Assembly (NCBI GenBank): GCA_002104905.1
Contig: MCFE01000040.1
Location: forward strand, 139,614 to 203,613
Source: Basidiobolus meristosporus CBS 931.73
Taxonomy: Eukaryota; Fungi; Basidiobolomycota
DNA: 64,000 nt
Reading direction: 5' to 3'
Within the stretch, counting starts at the first letter, position 1; each line of letters starts with the position of its first letter. This document shows, one piece after another, positions 17,500-31,911 of this stretch. The notes under the pieces are model-generated. The model was not told the origin of the DNA and did not search any database. It saw nothing but the letters and a program-made list of their open reading frames with translations. The translations under genes were made by a program, and so were the position numbers.

Positions 17500-19046
17500 C
17501 TACACTGTTCGCTCTGGTGCTATGAATTTCCATAGATTTTTCAATCGACCTTCATTGTAGATGTTGGAAACTTGGTCGAAATGCAACACTTGTGACATCT
17601 CGTTCTCCGTAGACGCCTGGGATTTCATAAAGAGACGCCCTTCATCAACTGCCTCCTTGATGTCTTCCCATTTAAATGATTCATTGGTTGTAGTGCCATC
17701 GGACAAAGTGTATAGATGGGCCAGGAGGAAGACACTAACGATGATGGCACACAGCACGGCAAAAATCCCCAAAGCTCCCAGGTGGACGTTTTCGTTGATT
17801 ACCATCTGAAGTGAAAAGTATCAGCTCTGTGTAGAGAAGATGATCGTCATGCACAAACACTCACCGTTAGTGCTTTGAACAGTGTAAATTGTACCGGCTT
17901 CTTTGTTTCTGCGTCCCAATACCAGATGTGCAAAAGATTTTGCCTCGTAATTTCCCCAAACAGAATCTTTGCTATAATGACAGTGGCATATATACAGGTA
18001 ACGGCGGTAGAGAGTAAAAAGGCTATAAAGTAGCGATGGTTGTTTAGCCCAACACAATTGTTCACCCATATACCTAGCGAGCTTGTGAGTGAGATGGAGG
18101 TTTAACCAGATGGTGGCTTAAGAAACCTACAGTGGTGGTCGGATCTAGCAATACACGCTTTGCACATCGAGCAGTGCTTCGATCGAGCAGGCCTAATGGG
18201 AATAGACAGCTTAGTAAGTAATCATCTCTGATGTCCATATTTTCCTTGATACACACTTTTGAAAGCTACATGTTGTGCAGATTTTCGGCTTGAAGATGAT
18301 GTAGTCATATTCGTACATCTTGCAAGCACTCTGAAGATTACCCTCATTTATAATGCCCGGGTTACTGAAGGAGATCAAGGCAAAAGTCAAGTACGTGGCA
18401 AAAACCACCGGTGGGATGAAATATCTAGAGAACGCGATATTTTAAATCTCAGTGTTTTGCAAGTGGTGCGTTCAAAGCAATCTTCTACCTGTGGATTTCA
18501 CTTGCATACGGGCCTGGAATCTTTGGCCATCCGTCTTTGAAAAAGACATACACACCAACCGTAAGAAGAGCCAAATAGAGGATCTGTCGGATTTTGGTTA
18601 TTGACAAGAAACGAAATTCTGAAATTGGATTGGCGTTACTTGTACTAACGGATTGGCCTCAAATGCTACGTACGAGAATATCTTCACTAAGAATCCGTAC
18701 AATCTACGGCCTAATAGCCTTTTAATCCCATCTCTATGCGGAAAGTGTGTGCATCTGCGTTAGAAGTCCAGAAACAACTTATAAATGCAAGCACGTAGAT
18801 CTACTGACTGAAGGATGTCTAGAAAATCCTCTGTCAAAAATTGATGCAAACGAGCTACCCAAGTATTTCTGAAAAATGTGCCGTTTAGAAACTAAGAAAA
18901 ACTTGTCGAAATAGAAAGTATGACTGCAATTATATGTACCTAAACCTTTGGGACGGTCCTAGGAGCATCAAACAGACAAATAGGACAAGAGCCACTATGG
19001 CTATAATAAGAAGTACTAGGCCCTTTGAGAAGATAGTTGAGTGCAT
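17500..19046 (-). CDS. SWF1: DHHC palmitoyltransferase (Swf1-like), multi-exon
   Basis: Spliced pieces [58 protein letters not shown] and TTNESFKW. Confidence 0.8.
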
Positions 19047-19375
19047 ATGAAGTACTTTGAACAAAGGTAAAGATGTATACCATAAGTTGAAGGATCAGTT
19101 GTCAAGATGCGTTACTTTTCACCATATACCCCAACTTACTCCGAAGTTAGGTGTTCACTCGAGCTTACTCAAAAATTACTCCCAAAATTTATAGAATCAC
19201 CGCCCTTGACACAAATTGCATGTGATGTCAAGTGAAGTCACATCATGGGAATTACATACAACTTTACTGCAATATATTTGATAGGAAGCCCAAGACATAT
19301 GCGTTAAATAGTTGAAACAAATCTTCAATAAGTGTACGTTTAGCAGAATACGTTTTCAAATTACAAGTAGTCAAT

Positions 19376-20112
19376 TCATTCAGATTCACTCTCGGAGTTG
19401 CTGGGGACAGGCGCTTTACGGGTGCGCCTTTTGGGTGCTGCATTCTTTGATTTCTTCTCAGTGGGTTTGGATTCTTCTTCACTATCGGACTTGGGAGCCT
19501 CCTTGGCTTTTTTGCCTCGCTTTTTTGGGGCTTCATCCTCGGCAGGTGCTGTATTTTTGGTTGCCCTGGAACGCTTCTTGGGCATCGGAGCATCCTTTTT
19601 AGCAGTTTCCTTTGGGTTGCTCTCTTGATCTTGATCCTCGTCGTCTTTATTGGGAAGGGACCTTGTGCGAACAGCTTCCTCCACTATCTCCTTATCTTCA
19701 AAAAGAAGTTCTTCAAATCCATCCAAATTCTCTACCTCATCAATACTCTCCAAGATTTTGGGAGTAACACAGTTCCTAAAAAACTGATTAACGCAAATCC
19801 GCAATTGCTACACAACATGCTCTTGGCTTTACCAATGCCTCCAGAAAGTTTGCTCCATTCCATTCCGTTCAGTAACTGAGCCCAAACGTAATGCTCCTTT
19901 CTGATAGACAATATGTGAGAATCCCATCAACATAAATCAAGTGGTTAGCTTGGTCAACAACTTACAGGAATCACTTTATCTACACAGCTCTTTGGTCCTT
20001 TACATTTGGAGCGACCGCTACGAGCATACTAATTGAATTTTAGGGCAAATCAGAATGTATATTACCTACAAGAATGGCTTTCTAGTTTTCGTACCTCAAC
20101 GACATAGGGCAT
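19376..20112 (-). CDS. PARP-type zinc-finger protein with acidic/Lys-rich tail
   Basis: MPYVVE | YARSGRSKCKG ... TFWRHW ... CVTPKILESIDEVENLDGFEEL, followed by a KKR-rich low-complexity tail. Confidence 0.8.
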
Positions 20113-20790
20113 CGTATTTATTTAGGCCAAGTGTATGAGGTTGTAAAGACCTACCAGGTCTCTTTTTGTTGGAATTTTGGCAGTTGAAAAGGGAACTTCA
20201 TAGCAACCATTCCATTGGTCAAACAAAAGATTTTACTAGTCGAGAGAGCCAATAAATCTATTGAACTACATAGTGTAAACAACTTCAAGTATTTGTTTCC
20301 AACATTAGCATTAATTTATCGGTGACCTAACACACGATGTTGAGTCAGTAATCTCAAACATAACGTGTATGCTTGTTGTATGGATATATGTTGAGGGCAC
20401 CAGATTAGCTAGCATTCAAACAGAACGAATCCCATTTGTTTTGATTGCTGACGCTAGCCGGATTTATGTTGGTAATGATGGTCGCTTCCAACAGACCGCG
20501 TAGTTCAAAACCTTCAAGCAACCAGTGCGCACAACTAACCATGGGTGATCTTTGAGAGCCGTTAGTCAACAGCTCATACTAATGTAAATTGTGCAGTATC
20601 CGAAGAAATACGAGATGGCAGTGCATCCAGATCAGGCCAAATTTTATGGGCTGCCCCGGGTCCAATTGAATTTTCTGAGCCAACTGGAATTGAGGAGTAG
20701 CAATAAAGGATTTGCCAGTTGGTGAAAAACACTCCTTTCTCTTCTTTGAGTGCAGACGAGTTAGTTGACGCCAGTCAATTCAATATAATA

Positions 20791-21478
20791 ATGGTGGGTT
20801 TTATCCGTTTAACATGATAATTCGACATTCGTTCATTGAAAACCAAATCAATCCAATCAACAGTAAAAAATGTATCTTAAAAGTTCGACATGGCATCCAT
20901 TCGTAATTTGACTAGATGGCTAACAACGTATATTCTCTATTCAGTCCTCTGAAGCTGCAACCACCTCCACAAACCCTATGCGCGAATTGCGCATTGAAAA
21001 ACTCGTTCTTAACATTTGTGTTGGCGAATCTGGTGATAGACTCACAAGAGCCGCCAAGGTTTTGGAGCAGCTAACTGGTCAAACCCCTGTTTACTCCAAA
21101 GCTCGCTACACTGTTCGTTCATTCAGCATTCGTCGTAACGAAAAGATTGCTGTTCACTGCACCGTTCGTGGCCCTAAGGCTGAGGAAATTTTGGAACGTG
21201 GTTTAAAGGTTAAGGAGTATGAGCTCAAGAAGTCCAACTTCTCCTCTACCGGAAACTTCGGTTTCGGTATCCAGGAGCATATCGATTTGGGTATCAAGTA
21301 CGATCCTTCTATCGGTATCTACGGTATGGACTTCTTTGTGGTTTTGGGCCGTCCCGGTTTCCGTGTCAGCCGTAGAAAGAGATGCCAAGCTAAGGTTGGT
21401 TTCTCTCATCGTGTCACCAAGGAGGAGACTATGAAGTGGTTCAAGCAAAAGTATGATGGTATCATCTTGAACAAATAA
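20791..21478 (+). CDS. RPL11: 60S ribosomal protein L11 (uL5)
   Basis: [34 protein letters not shown]...; probable ATG-only first exon at 20791 with the intron ending ttcag near 20944. Confidence 0.97.
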
Positions 21479-22553
21479 ATTCACCTCTCTTACGCATATG
21501 ATCTTCATTGCTAATACTATAAATAAAAGAGCTCATGCCACTGATATAGATATATCTTGATAAACCAATACAGAACAGACAATGTCCTTTAGGAACCATA
21601 GGGCTCCGGCGTACCTAGGTAGCCGATTTAATGCGCACCAGCTGGCTAATCCAGCGCAGTATAAATTATAATGTAGAGGCTCTAAAAACGTCGACAGTGG
21701 ATATGTTGGCGTCAGATAAGATGTAGTCAGCTGAGTAGCTCACAATCCGAAACGATGTCTGTCGCAAGATTGCTGATGTGTACGAGGTAACAAAATCCCG
21801 AAAGCCCTACAAAAGCTGGGCCGGTCTTGTACATCACCAGTGTAAATGTGTGTCATTTCCTATTGCTACGTATCCAATGTTATTTGATTACTGATGTCAC
21901 AGACAATGATAATGTTTGATTTTATTCGCATTGGAACGCTTGAATCATGTATTCTCCTGACTACCTGTGGGAAGTCCGACGCTTTATGGATACTGAAGGA
22001 CTCAATTTTTGCTGTCAACCACATACATGTCAATGCCCAGTCCGTAAGTGGAATACAAAAATTCCATGATATCCAGGAAGGATATTTGTTTCATTCACAT
22101 GAGCTTAGGTTGTTCTGCTGAATGACCGAGTGGACTTAAAAGAATAAATATGACTCGAACTTGGATTTATTGAGTAAGTGGTGGCGACTTTGCCATGATT
22201 TCCAAAATATCCTGTGCAACTATACGGCCATTGTTTATGGGCCACTGACTACACAAATACCACTTTCATATGCAAATACTGTTGAGTTGTAATGAGTTCA
22301 TGTGCATTGCTCGGTGCTGATTGGCTCGCAGCAGTTTGAATCACCAAACTAATATCACCTAGATTCAATTCTCTGAATCCAACAAGTAAAAAGCAGATTG
22401 GGATGCTTTCCAATAGTTACTTTTACATATTCCAGGACTGTTCCTTCCCTTAATTGCGCGAAGCTCAATAGTCAAAGTTACCTGTGGGTCTCTTGTATCT
22501 CTGAAGCATTCCTCCTGATTTTAGATTACCCTCTGAATCGATCAATTTATACC

Positions 22554-24797
22554 ATGAGCCACATGAACTGTTTTATTTCGGCTCCATCGAGTACGAGCAG
22601 AAGGGTATCAACATACTTCGCCCGAGCCGCCAATTTCAATGCTACCCGGCACTTCCGTCAATATTCTACCAACAACTCGAAAAGTAATATTCTATGACCA
22701 TATCATACACTCCATTATATTTACAGTTATGCTGGCTTATTAGGCCGTTTCGTATTTTCAAGAGCTTCCGACGCCGATACCAAGAATAATTTCGAGAGTA
22801 AATTCCAGACAGCTCAAGCGGCCCTTAAAGAAACATTGAAAAAGGATGAGGGCTCGACGAGAACGGCAAAGCCGGGGAGTAAGCGGTTACCCAATTTGAT
22901 AATAGGTTTACTGTAAAATATTCAATATGTTACAAGTAGGCAAAGCAGCACACACGAGAAAGCAAGCCCCTGTTGTTTATCTAGAAAAACCATATTTTCG
23001 ACACTTACTCACTTCAACTTCGTCGGGCTCTTCTCGTAGCTCTTCAGGTGGAACTCCTTTCAATTTTGCTCAACACGAAATGTATTCTCAATTTGAAACT
23101 GCCGGTTCAGGGTACGAAAGTATCAACGAAACTGGGGACGCTAGCGATCAAATTTTGAACTCGACGCTAGCAAGTCCAAAAGCGGTATGAAGCCTCTGAA
23201 CATTTTGATCTTCATTTTACTAATTTCGATGATAGATCACCAAGCATTTGGATGAATATGTTATCGGTCAAGAGAGGGCAAAAAAAACCCTTTCCGTCGC
23301 AGTGTTCAATCACTACAATCGAGTCCAAGCTAACGTACAGCAACAGATACAAGATTCCCACCGGTTTGTAGTCGAGGGAGAAGGTTTGTATTGATTTTGG
23401 TGCATTTTCGGGACATATGTAATGTGGGTATTGATTCTTGTGATGCCATGGCATGTAGGGTATTCTACCCAACCCAATAGCGCGCAATTCTGGGTCAACC
23501 CTAGTACGAATAGCACCGATTTTTCCAGAATCATTCAGGATACTGAAACCAAGGGATTCGAAGGAAAAGGGCTTCCTACTTTTGACAAAAGCAACGTTCT
23601 TCTCCTGGGCCCTACCGGCTCTGGTATGCATCTTAATGTTAAGAATTAACGGTCTATTGTACCATGCTGATCTTTTCCATGCAGGAAAAACATTGCTTGT
23701 GCGCACGCTGGCTAAGGTCCTGAAAGTCCCATTCTCGATGTCGGACGCAACCCCATTTACACAGGCTGGTTATGTGGGCGAGGATGTTGAGTTAGTGATC
23801 CACCGTTTACTACAGGTAACTAGGGTAACAACAGATGCAAGAGATTAATTGGCTAAAGCATCCGTTGTAATCCCAGAACTGCAATTTCGACGTCAAGAAA
23901 GCGGAGCAAGGAATAGTATTCATTGATGAGATCGACAAAATTGCCAAGAAAACGGGTACGATGTCCATGTCTAAAGATGTTTCCGGAGAAGGTGTCCAGC
24001 AAGCCCTACTGCGTATGCTTGAAGGAACAGTGGTCAATGTAACGGACAAATCTGGCGGGGCGAATGGAAACAAAAATCGGTTCGGAATTGGAATGCCTGG
24101 AGCCGGCAACAAAGGCGAAGTGTATTCGGTAGATACCAGCAATATACTCTTTATCCTCAGTGGTGCTTTCATTGGACTTGACAAGATCGTCATCGATCGT
24201 GTTGCCAAGGGATCTATAGGATTCGATGCGATTATCCGCGGGGCTGACACTAACACCCCGCCTTCTCTTGACCAAGCCATGATGCCTCACTCGTCAAAAC
24301 ACCATATCTTGGATATGGTCGATCCAGTAGATCTAATCAAATTTGGACTAATACCAGAGTTTGTTGGAAGACTTCCAGTGATTGCCAATGTAAACCAACT
24401 TGATGAGGCCTCTTTAGTGCGCGTCTTGACCGAGCCCAAAAACTCCCTTATCAAGCAATATGAAGCTTTGTTCCAACTGAACGATGTTACGTTGAGGTTC
24501 ACTACCTCAGCGTTGTACGAAATCGCTAGACAAGCCATAAAAAAGCAAACTGGTGCTCGCGGGCTTCGTCGCATCATGGAGACTCTATTGCTGGATCCCA
24601 TGTACGATACACCCAAATCCTCCGTTAAGCATGTAGTGGTGGATAGTGACTCTGTACTGTACAAGCGAGGCCCATTATACTTCACCCATGAGCAACAGAG
24701 CGAAGTAGAGAGAGCGCTTGAGCAAGATGACAAGACGTCGTATAATACGCTAACTCATGAAGACGGAAAGCTCGAGCAAAGCATCGCATTTTCTTGA
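22554..24797 (+). CDS. CLPX: Mitochondrial ClpX (Mcx1-like) AAA+ ATPase, multi-exon
   Basis: Arg/Ser-rich presequence; [13 protein letters not shown]|KTLL Walker A; [16 protein letters not shown]; FIDEIDKI; [17 protein letters not shown]; [11 protein letters not shown]. Confidence 0.93.
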
Positions 24798-25681
24798 GCC
24801 CAGTCGGGTAAGTTGATATCGTAATGCATTGATGTTCTTCGACATCCTGGACCAACCAGCAAACCCACTCGGCCCTCCATCATTTTAGCATTTATACATA
24901 TAAAAATCATGTCGGCAATTCTAGTAAATAGTTCCCCCTTCCGCAATTCCCAGATCTCGCATTTTCAACACTGGTTCGTTTTCTGTACAATAAAATTGGT
25001 AAAATGAATCGTGCAATCAGCCTCGTTATGGTGGCTTTGATCTGATTGTAATGAAGGCGAATCGCCTGTATTGTCGATGCTCACGTGCGATTACGAATGA
25101 GGTACTCCACATGACGCATCATCAAGGTATCAGGTTCCACATCCGCATTCGCATCAGCACATTGGGCAATACGAGTGAGGCCCTTGCAGGCTATGAAAAG
25201 CAACCCGAAAAAGATCGGGCAGTTTGGGCCATGTGCGGCATTTCTATGAAACTGAGCTGTTGGGTGCATTGGGGCTCGGGCTTCGAACCGCCGGTATTTG
25301 TCTGAGAGGTCTTGTGTGATAAAAGTGTTCATCAGAAGAATTGGCTCAAGATATTCAAATCTGGCCATGGAGGGAAGGAGGCAGAGGCCGAGGTATTTCA
25401 TGGATGTTTTAGGTAATTGCCCCATCGGCGTTAGAATTGCTCTCCGTCGGATTTAAACGAGTGTTCGTGAGGTTATATATGTTTTGCATGTACCTATAAT
25501 CTAAATAAAATATGGAACTTCATGAATAATGCCAGACCACACACGGCAAATCTGATTTTCCCACCAATCTATAAATCCCACCTTTCCATATCTATTAAGG
25601 GTCCTGAAGCAAACGTTTTAGGCCTACGTTCTGCGCACAAACTCTTTCCTCTGTATAATTATCAAGCATCCGTTCGAAACA

Positions 25682-26653
25682 ATGACCTTTGATTCCATCG
25701 ATGACTCGAACTCGTCCGTGTTGTCAACCTCCACTTTAGCCACCCCGCCCGAATTTTCTAACGAGCCTTACTCCTCGGTATATTTCTCAAAAGGATTTGC
25801 TTTGAACTCACGACCAAATGCCCCTCTTGCAGAGGAGCCTCTCCAGGTCGAATGCCAAGCCAGAACTCGTGTTCCAACCCCTTACGGAGAGTTTTTCCTT
25901 CACCTATACAAGAATAACCACGATTCAAAGGAGCATTTAGCTATAGTTTTCGGGGACGACATACGAAGCACTACTTTGGATGCTGTTCAAGAGGGAGAAA
26001 CCGAAATGGATAGAATCGTGCGTGGTGCCTATCACGGCCGTTTGAATCCTAACAAGACCAATAAGATGCAGCCACAGAAACCCGCCTCTTCACTTCTGCC
26101 ACCTCTCATCCGGATTCATTCCGAATGCTTTACGGGAGAGACGGTTCATTCTGTTCGCTGCGACTGTGGTGATCAGCTCGATGCAGCGATGCACATGATG
26201 CATCTCGAGGGCCGCGGGGTTGTAGTTTACCTTCGCCAAGAAGGGCGCGGTATCGGCTTACTGGAAAAGATCAAAGCGTACAATCTACAGGATCTGGGAT
26301 ATGACACCGTTTCGGCAAACGTTGCACTTTCGCACCCGCCAGATCTTCGAAAATACGACGTTGCATGCGAAATCCTCAAAGATCTGGGTGTCCCAACCAT
26401 CAGATTGCTTACCAACAATCCAGATAAGATTGAGCAGCTTGAGGAAGGTGGGTTAAAGGTAGTGGAGAGAGTACCAATGATCCCCAAAGAGTGGTCCCAA
26501 GAGGAGCACACTTTTGTGGTGCATAAACATAGACAACAGGATGGCTACACGGAGGTGAACACTTACTTGAAAACCAAAGTCGAACGCATGAGACACTTGA
26601 TAGATATCCCAGCTAAGGAGACATTCACCACGAATGAGACCTCAGAAGACTAG
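25682..26653 (+). CDS. RIB1: GTP cyclohydrolase II
   Basis: Intronless 323-aa ORF with RIHSECFTGE...RCDCGDQL, YLRQEGRGIGL and LLTNNPDK. Confidence 0.95.
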   Translation: MTFDSIDDSNSSVLSTSTLATPPEFSNEPYSSVYFSKGFALNSRPNAPLAEEPLQVECQARTRVPTPYGEFFLHLYKNNHDSKEHLAIVFGDDIRSTTLDAVQEGETEMDRIVRGAYHGRLNPNKTNKMQPQKPASSLLPPLIRIHSECFTGETVHSVRCDCGDQLDAAMHMMHLEGRGVVVYLRQEGRGIGLLEKIKAYNLQDLGYDTVSANVALSHPPDLRKYDVACEILKDLGVPTIRLLTNNPDKIEQLEEGGLKVVERVPMIPKEWSQEEHTFVVHKHRQQDGYTEVNTYLKTKVERMRHLIDIPAKETFTTNETSED

Positions 26654-27606
26654 GGAGAACATGAATCTAGCCCAGAAGCTTTCCAAACTTTCCTACAGCC
26701 GTTGAGCATTTTACAACATAGAAAACGTTCGCTGTATTCTTGCATTCTCTCTACCTTGGAAGCGTGTCCTTCACTACCGTCATTTATTACTGCTTTACAA
26801 GTCCTGCATCACAACAGTGGATTCGATTCATACGATTGTTTATGCTTTAATGGGTCCTTACGTTCCCAATTGTGAAATTTTAAATCATCAGCCACCGTCA
26901 ATGAAAATTCTTCCTGTTTTTTTACACTACGAGGAATCGAATGTGCTAGTTTGGTTGATGTGACAGGTATTTTTGGACACAGAAGTGCTCATGAATATCC
27001 CATGTGCCAAGATCCTAAATTCATACATGACCTGTGTGTAAAGACAAGCATATCACATTAATGTTATTCTCGCAGTCGAGGATTACTCTTGTTCCTCTGT
27101 CTGCTAACCTGGACATGGTGTAATTTGCTTGTGCCAATGCTAGGACGCTGGCAGAGTGTCCCTGATCTCGCCGTCACTTTACCAAATCAGTCTAATCTAT
27201 TAGCTCGAGGTGTCACAAACGTAGTGAAATTGAAACGCTCCGCAGCCTGCGGAGGAAATTTAGAATAGCATCCTACAAATGGCATTCGTTATGTCTCCAC
27301 TCGCATTATAGAGACCAGTGGATTGGGCAAGCTTGTAATGGAACCCTAATTGTTCCAAAGATTATATGTACGTAGTATCGATGTTTTCGTGGTTTACAGA
27401 AGATATTTATTCAGAATAGAAGTTCAGCTCTAGCAGGAGTGTTAATCATTTGTGCTTCACGTCGGTGTTAACACACAAGTTACCACGAAAATCCGCAGCT
27501 TAGTTCTTGGGGAGGGCTCAAGGCGATGTGACAGTTCATCTTTCACTTGGTTAACTGGCGGCAGATAATATGGGTGATGGATTAGGCCAAAGACACGGGG
27601 GGTATC

Positions 27607-29295
27607 TTAGTGCTGCGCCCATTCGATTGATTTGATATCTATTCCTTCTTGAACCATTTCCCAAAGTGGGCTCAGTTCACGTAAATTATGAACGTGTCGT
27701 TGAACACATTGAATCACATAATCTATCTCTGCTTCAGTGGTATAGCGACCGATGCCAAAACGGATGCTACTATGGGCCATGGCATCGTCAGCGCCCAGAG
27801 CGCGCAAAACGTACGATGGTTCTAGGGAAGCAGAGGTGCATGCGCTTCCAGATGAGAGTGCTATATCCTTTAGGGCCATCAGCAACGACTCGCCCTCAAC
27901 GTAGGCAAACGAAAGATTAACGCATCCTGGATAGTTATGTACGGGATCACCGTTTCTAACCACATCTGTGACGTTGGAGCAAATCCCCTTAATCAACCGC
28001 TCTGACAGCATTTTAATACGTCTGGAGTCATACTATGACGAAGGAAAAGTAATTAGACCGTATGAAAAGAAATGATTGGCATCAAAATACTTTCAAAGCC
28101 CTCAGCCGTCACGCACATAAAAGTACGGTGACAAAGCAGGTTTACTTACATCCATATCTTCCTTGGCGATCCTGCACGCTTCTCCCATTCCAACAACCAA
28201 GGGTGTGGGCAAGGTTCCGCTTCGAAGACCTCTCTCCTGACCACCACCCGACTGGATTGGTTCCAATCGGACTCTTGGTCTCCTGCGGACGTACAAGGCT
28301 CCAACACCTTTGGGGCCGTATACTTTATGACCGGAGATGGACATCAAGTCAATGTTCATATCATTAACATCAAGAGGGATCTTGCCTACAGCTTGGGCAG
28401 CGTCGGTATGGAAAAATATCTTGTTTTCGCGACAGATTTTCCCGATTTCGGCGATGGGCTGAAGTACGCCGATCTCATTGTTCACAGCCATTACGGAGAC
28501 GATGGAGGTGTCTGGTCTGATGGCAGATTTCAGGTCATCAAGGCTAATCATGCCATTACTCTGGACAGGCAGATACGTAACATCAAATCCTTCCGAGTGA
28601 AGCGCTCGGCACGAGTCGAGAATGCATTTGTGTTCCTGCACAAATCAGTAGCACGGTCGTTTAAGAAAAAGAAGCGGTGCGAGAACTTTTCAAAGGAAGC
28701 TCATACGTACGGTCTGTGTGGTGATGATGTGGTTCTTTTTTCCTTTGTGGAATCTAGCGACGCCTTTGAGACTGATATTGTTTGATTCGGTGGCACCAGA
28801 GGTGAAGATGATTTCTTTGGCATCAGCTCCTATCAACTCGGCCACTTGCTATAGGTTGGGGATCAATACGTTGTTCAAACTTGAAGATGAATTAGACACC
28901 CACTTTTCTAGCAATTTCAACAGCATCCTCGGTTTCCCATCCATATTTATGTGTTCTGGAATGTGGATTGCCGTAGTGTACGGTCAGAAAAGGTAGCATG
29001 GCATCTAACACGCGAGGGTCAGTTGGACTGGTGGCCTGCATGTCCAAGTAGATGGGGCGACCTACAGGGGCAGCTGCGGAATCTCTGGATGTGATGGTAC
29101 CTACTATACTGAAGGCTCAGTAAAAATTAAAAGCCTGACGCTTTTGCTGCCCATACCGGAGGGGTTTTCGGGAAAGATGGTCTGGTTAGATGTCGCAAGG
29201 GCTCTTCTCCCCAGCATCGCCGCGGTAGTCATACGGCCAACGAAGCGGGATGTCCTCAGCATTGAGAAGGAGGAACTAGCAAGATTTCTTAGCAT
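27607..29295 (-). CDS. NFS1: Mitochondrial cysteine desulfurase, multi-exon
   Basis: Presequence from ATG 29295; [41 protein letters not shown] and [17 protein letters not shown]. Confidence 0.97.
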
Positions 29296-30334
29296 TGTTG
29301 GTGGTTGATATTTGCGGATTGGAGAAATAACAGGAATATATGCTGGATAATTTACAATGGCAATAGGTATGATGCAGTTACAACGCCGGACGCGACTTCT
29401 ATTTATCAAATGGGGACAGCCACGGTAGAGAGCATTAGTACCAGAATATCTTGGATTACAAAATGAAATCCAAAATAGCCTTCATCTGATTAGTGATTAT
29501 GCGCGAGATTGAGGCGACAAAAAGGGATGCCCACCATATCTGATGGCCAACTGAGCAGCTACTGGGCGGGTTAGATGCGGCCATTCGGTGCATATCCGTA
29601 TTAGCTGGCAACATCAAGACAAAATCATTCATGATTATTCAGCTCTAATGTACAAATTGCGCTATGGCAGAAATTCCACGATCGAATCTCCAACCCATAA
29701 TATCTTGATCGGCCATATACGGTATTGTTGGGAAGTGTGAAGACTGGCCATCGTTCAATGATCTTTCCATAACTACGGATCATCCGTACACCTACATTTT
29801 CCAAAAGATCATTGCCCATAGGCCATTAACGGATGCTTTGTAATGAGCCAGGTGGCCCTTCAATGAATCCCAGGTTTGGGTCGATCGAGCAGGATTAACA
29901 CTCACCATAACCAGTATTACGTTAGGTGCTGTCAATCAGGCAATGGTTCGAGATACAAAATCGGAAAATTTCCATTTCTGAAACCCCTTATACTTCTCTA
30001 TATTGGGCGATTACGTTGTTGCGAAAACGGCCATGTTGATACCGCACTCGCGCCCGAATCAATTGCATGTTGGGAAATACAGCTTTAATTATTGCACATC
30101 ATAATACCATTTTGATGGTGATATACACAATACCGGATATTGAGTTTGTTCTCCGTGATCCGTACAGGAGCTCGAACCACAAGTTATAGGATTGCACACC
30201 CGTAATATCGAACTCGGCGTTGTGTCACGACTTGTTGAGTATCAACATCATTCATTGCAGCCAAGATGTACGTGGTGTTTGTCTGGATATCCTGAGAAGC
30301 GAGGGTTTGTTCGGCCCTGATATGATTCACTGGG

Positions 30335-30541
30335 ATGGTTGACGACATCGATAGCAGAGCTGAATCCGTGGTTGCTTTTCCACTGGATGCCCCCATGATT
30401 GAACTGTCCTCGGGGCGGGTGGGTAAAGAATACGTACTCGGTAGCAACATGGAAACCACGCTGAAGCAAGTAGAGATGTCTGTGGGAAATTTCATTGTTT
30501 GGATGAAGGATTATCTTTCCGCGATGTACAGCCATCTTTAA
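30335..30541 (+). CDS. Probable last exon of an unresolved hypothetical gene
   Basis: Coding-like 68-aa ORF; upstream exons could not be assigned. Confidence 0.25.
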   Translation: MVDDIDSRAESVVAFPLDAPMIELSSGRVGKEYVLGSNMETTLKQVEMSVGNFIVWMKDYLSAMYSHL

Positions 30542-31500
30542 ATGTTTCCAGAGTGCTCCTTATATTCGGCAGCACCTCAGCTGTTGAACCTCGCACTGCA
30601 CGGAATCTGAAAACATGTAGAGCCATTCGATGAATCCCTTACAGGCAAAGTCAGTTCCTTGTTACTACACTATACAATAATACTCGGACTCACCACGGCT
30701 CATGCCAAGTAAACAACCAGCCAAGAGCTTTGTTTTCGTTGAATAGTTGAACGAGCCATGGGCACCACTTGCAAAGTGCTGTGCCATTCAAAACCGTATT
30801 TGTACTGGATGGTTGTTTCGATATATTAGGAATCTCGACATCGGTATGCGATTTCCTCAAACGAACATCAATAGGGAGATAGATTGAGGATGTGGCTACT
30901 GGAAATATTCAAGTACGGCTCATAAACAACGGGGGGCTGAATGTGATCTTGGCTTGAGACATAGCGAGAGTGTTTGGTAAGGTGCCAGAGTGGAAACCTG
31001 CCCGACGAACACTGGTGAGTGGAAATCAGAGGACTGCACTCATTGTCGCACAGTGGAGGATAGAATGCTCCGAGAGTAGTTATTTTGGGATTCGTCCTCA
31101 TTAAAGGCGACTTGGATATACGTTGATAAACACTCTTGCTCCCACCACAGTGTATGCATGGAGATATATAATTTATCTCCATCACTACCAGTACGGGATT
31201 GCTGGATCCCTTTTACTCAATAGCTAGATAAGTCATTGTCGCTGTGCCTATGTAGGTTAGTTAGACTGTGCTGCAGGCATGACACACATGATGCCAGTCT
31301 TGTTGACTGATGTGAGACATTTGTTTTGATCCTTCATATGTAGCAAAAGCATTGTTGCATCATTTGTAATCGGGCTATTGCCTACCAAACTATATTTTCC
31401 TGCGATGTCAGCGGCAACATTGGAGTACAGGAGGATTCATCTCTAATGATTTAAATACGTCGAGTCCCCACACAAGGAGAAAGTCCGTTCGCAGCAAGAG

Positions 31501-31911
31501 ATGGCCTCAGAGAACAACAGCACCATTGTCAACGACCGGTAGGCGAAAATGCTCTTGGGTTTGCAAAAAGCTCCTTGCTAACTTCTCTTTAGCTCTGAAG
31601 TTGAGGAGCTCGACCAGCTTCTCGAAGAGCTCTCGGTCGAAGATTCCGATGTTTGGAGTAGTTTATTGCTACCTCAATATGAGTCAATATATGATGAGGA
31701 GCCTGAGCACGAGCCGGAAACCATCAGTGACTTCAAATTCGATTTGCTGCTCGAAAGGGTTATGAGAAGTGACCCGCAGGATGAATTGGATCGTTGGATA
31801 GAAACACCTGATCCGGATGTACCCCATGTTGACTTTGATGAACTATTGGATGTAATCCTATCAGGAAGCGAAGAACAAGTGGAAAGGTGCATACAAGCAG
31901 TCGATAGGTAA
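31501..31911 (+). CDS. Small acidic hypothetical protein, probably 2 exons
   Basis: ATG at 31501, gtaggc...tttag intron, then an acidic frame SEVEELDQLLEELSVED...QAVDR*. Confidence 0.45.

Noticed and set aside
25081-25425. 114-aa minus-strand ORF between ClpX and RIB1
   Set aside because: No recognisable motif or convincing exon structure.
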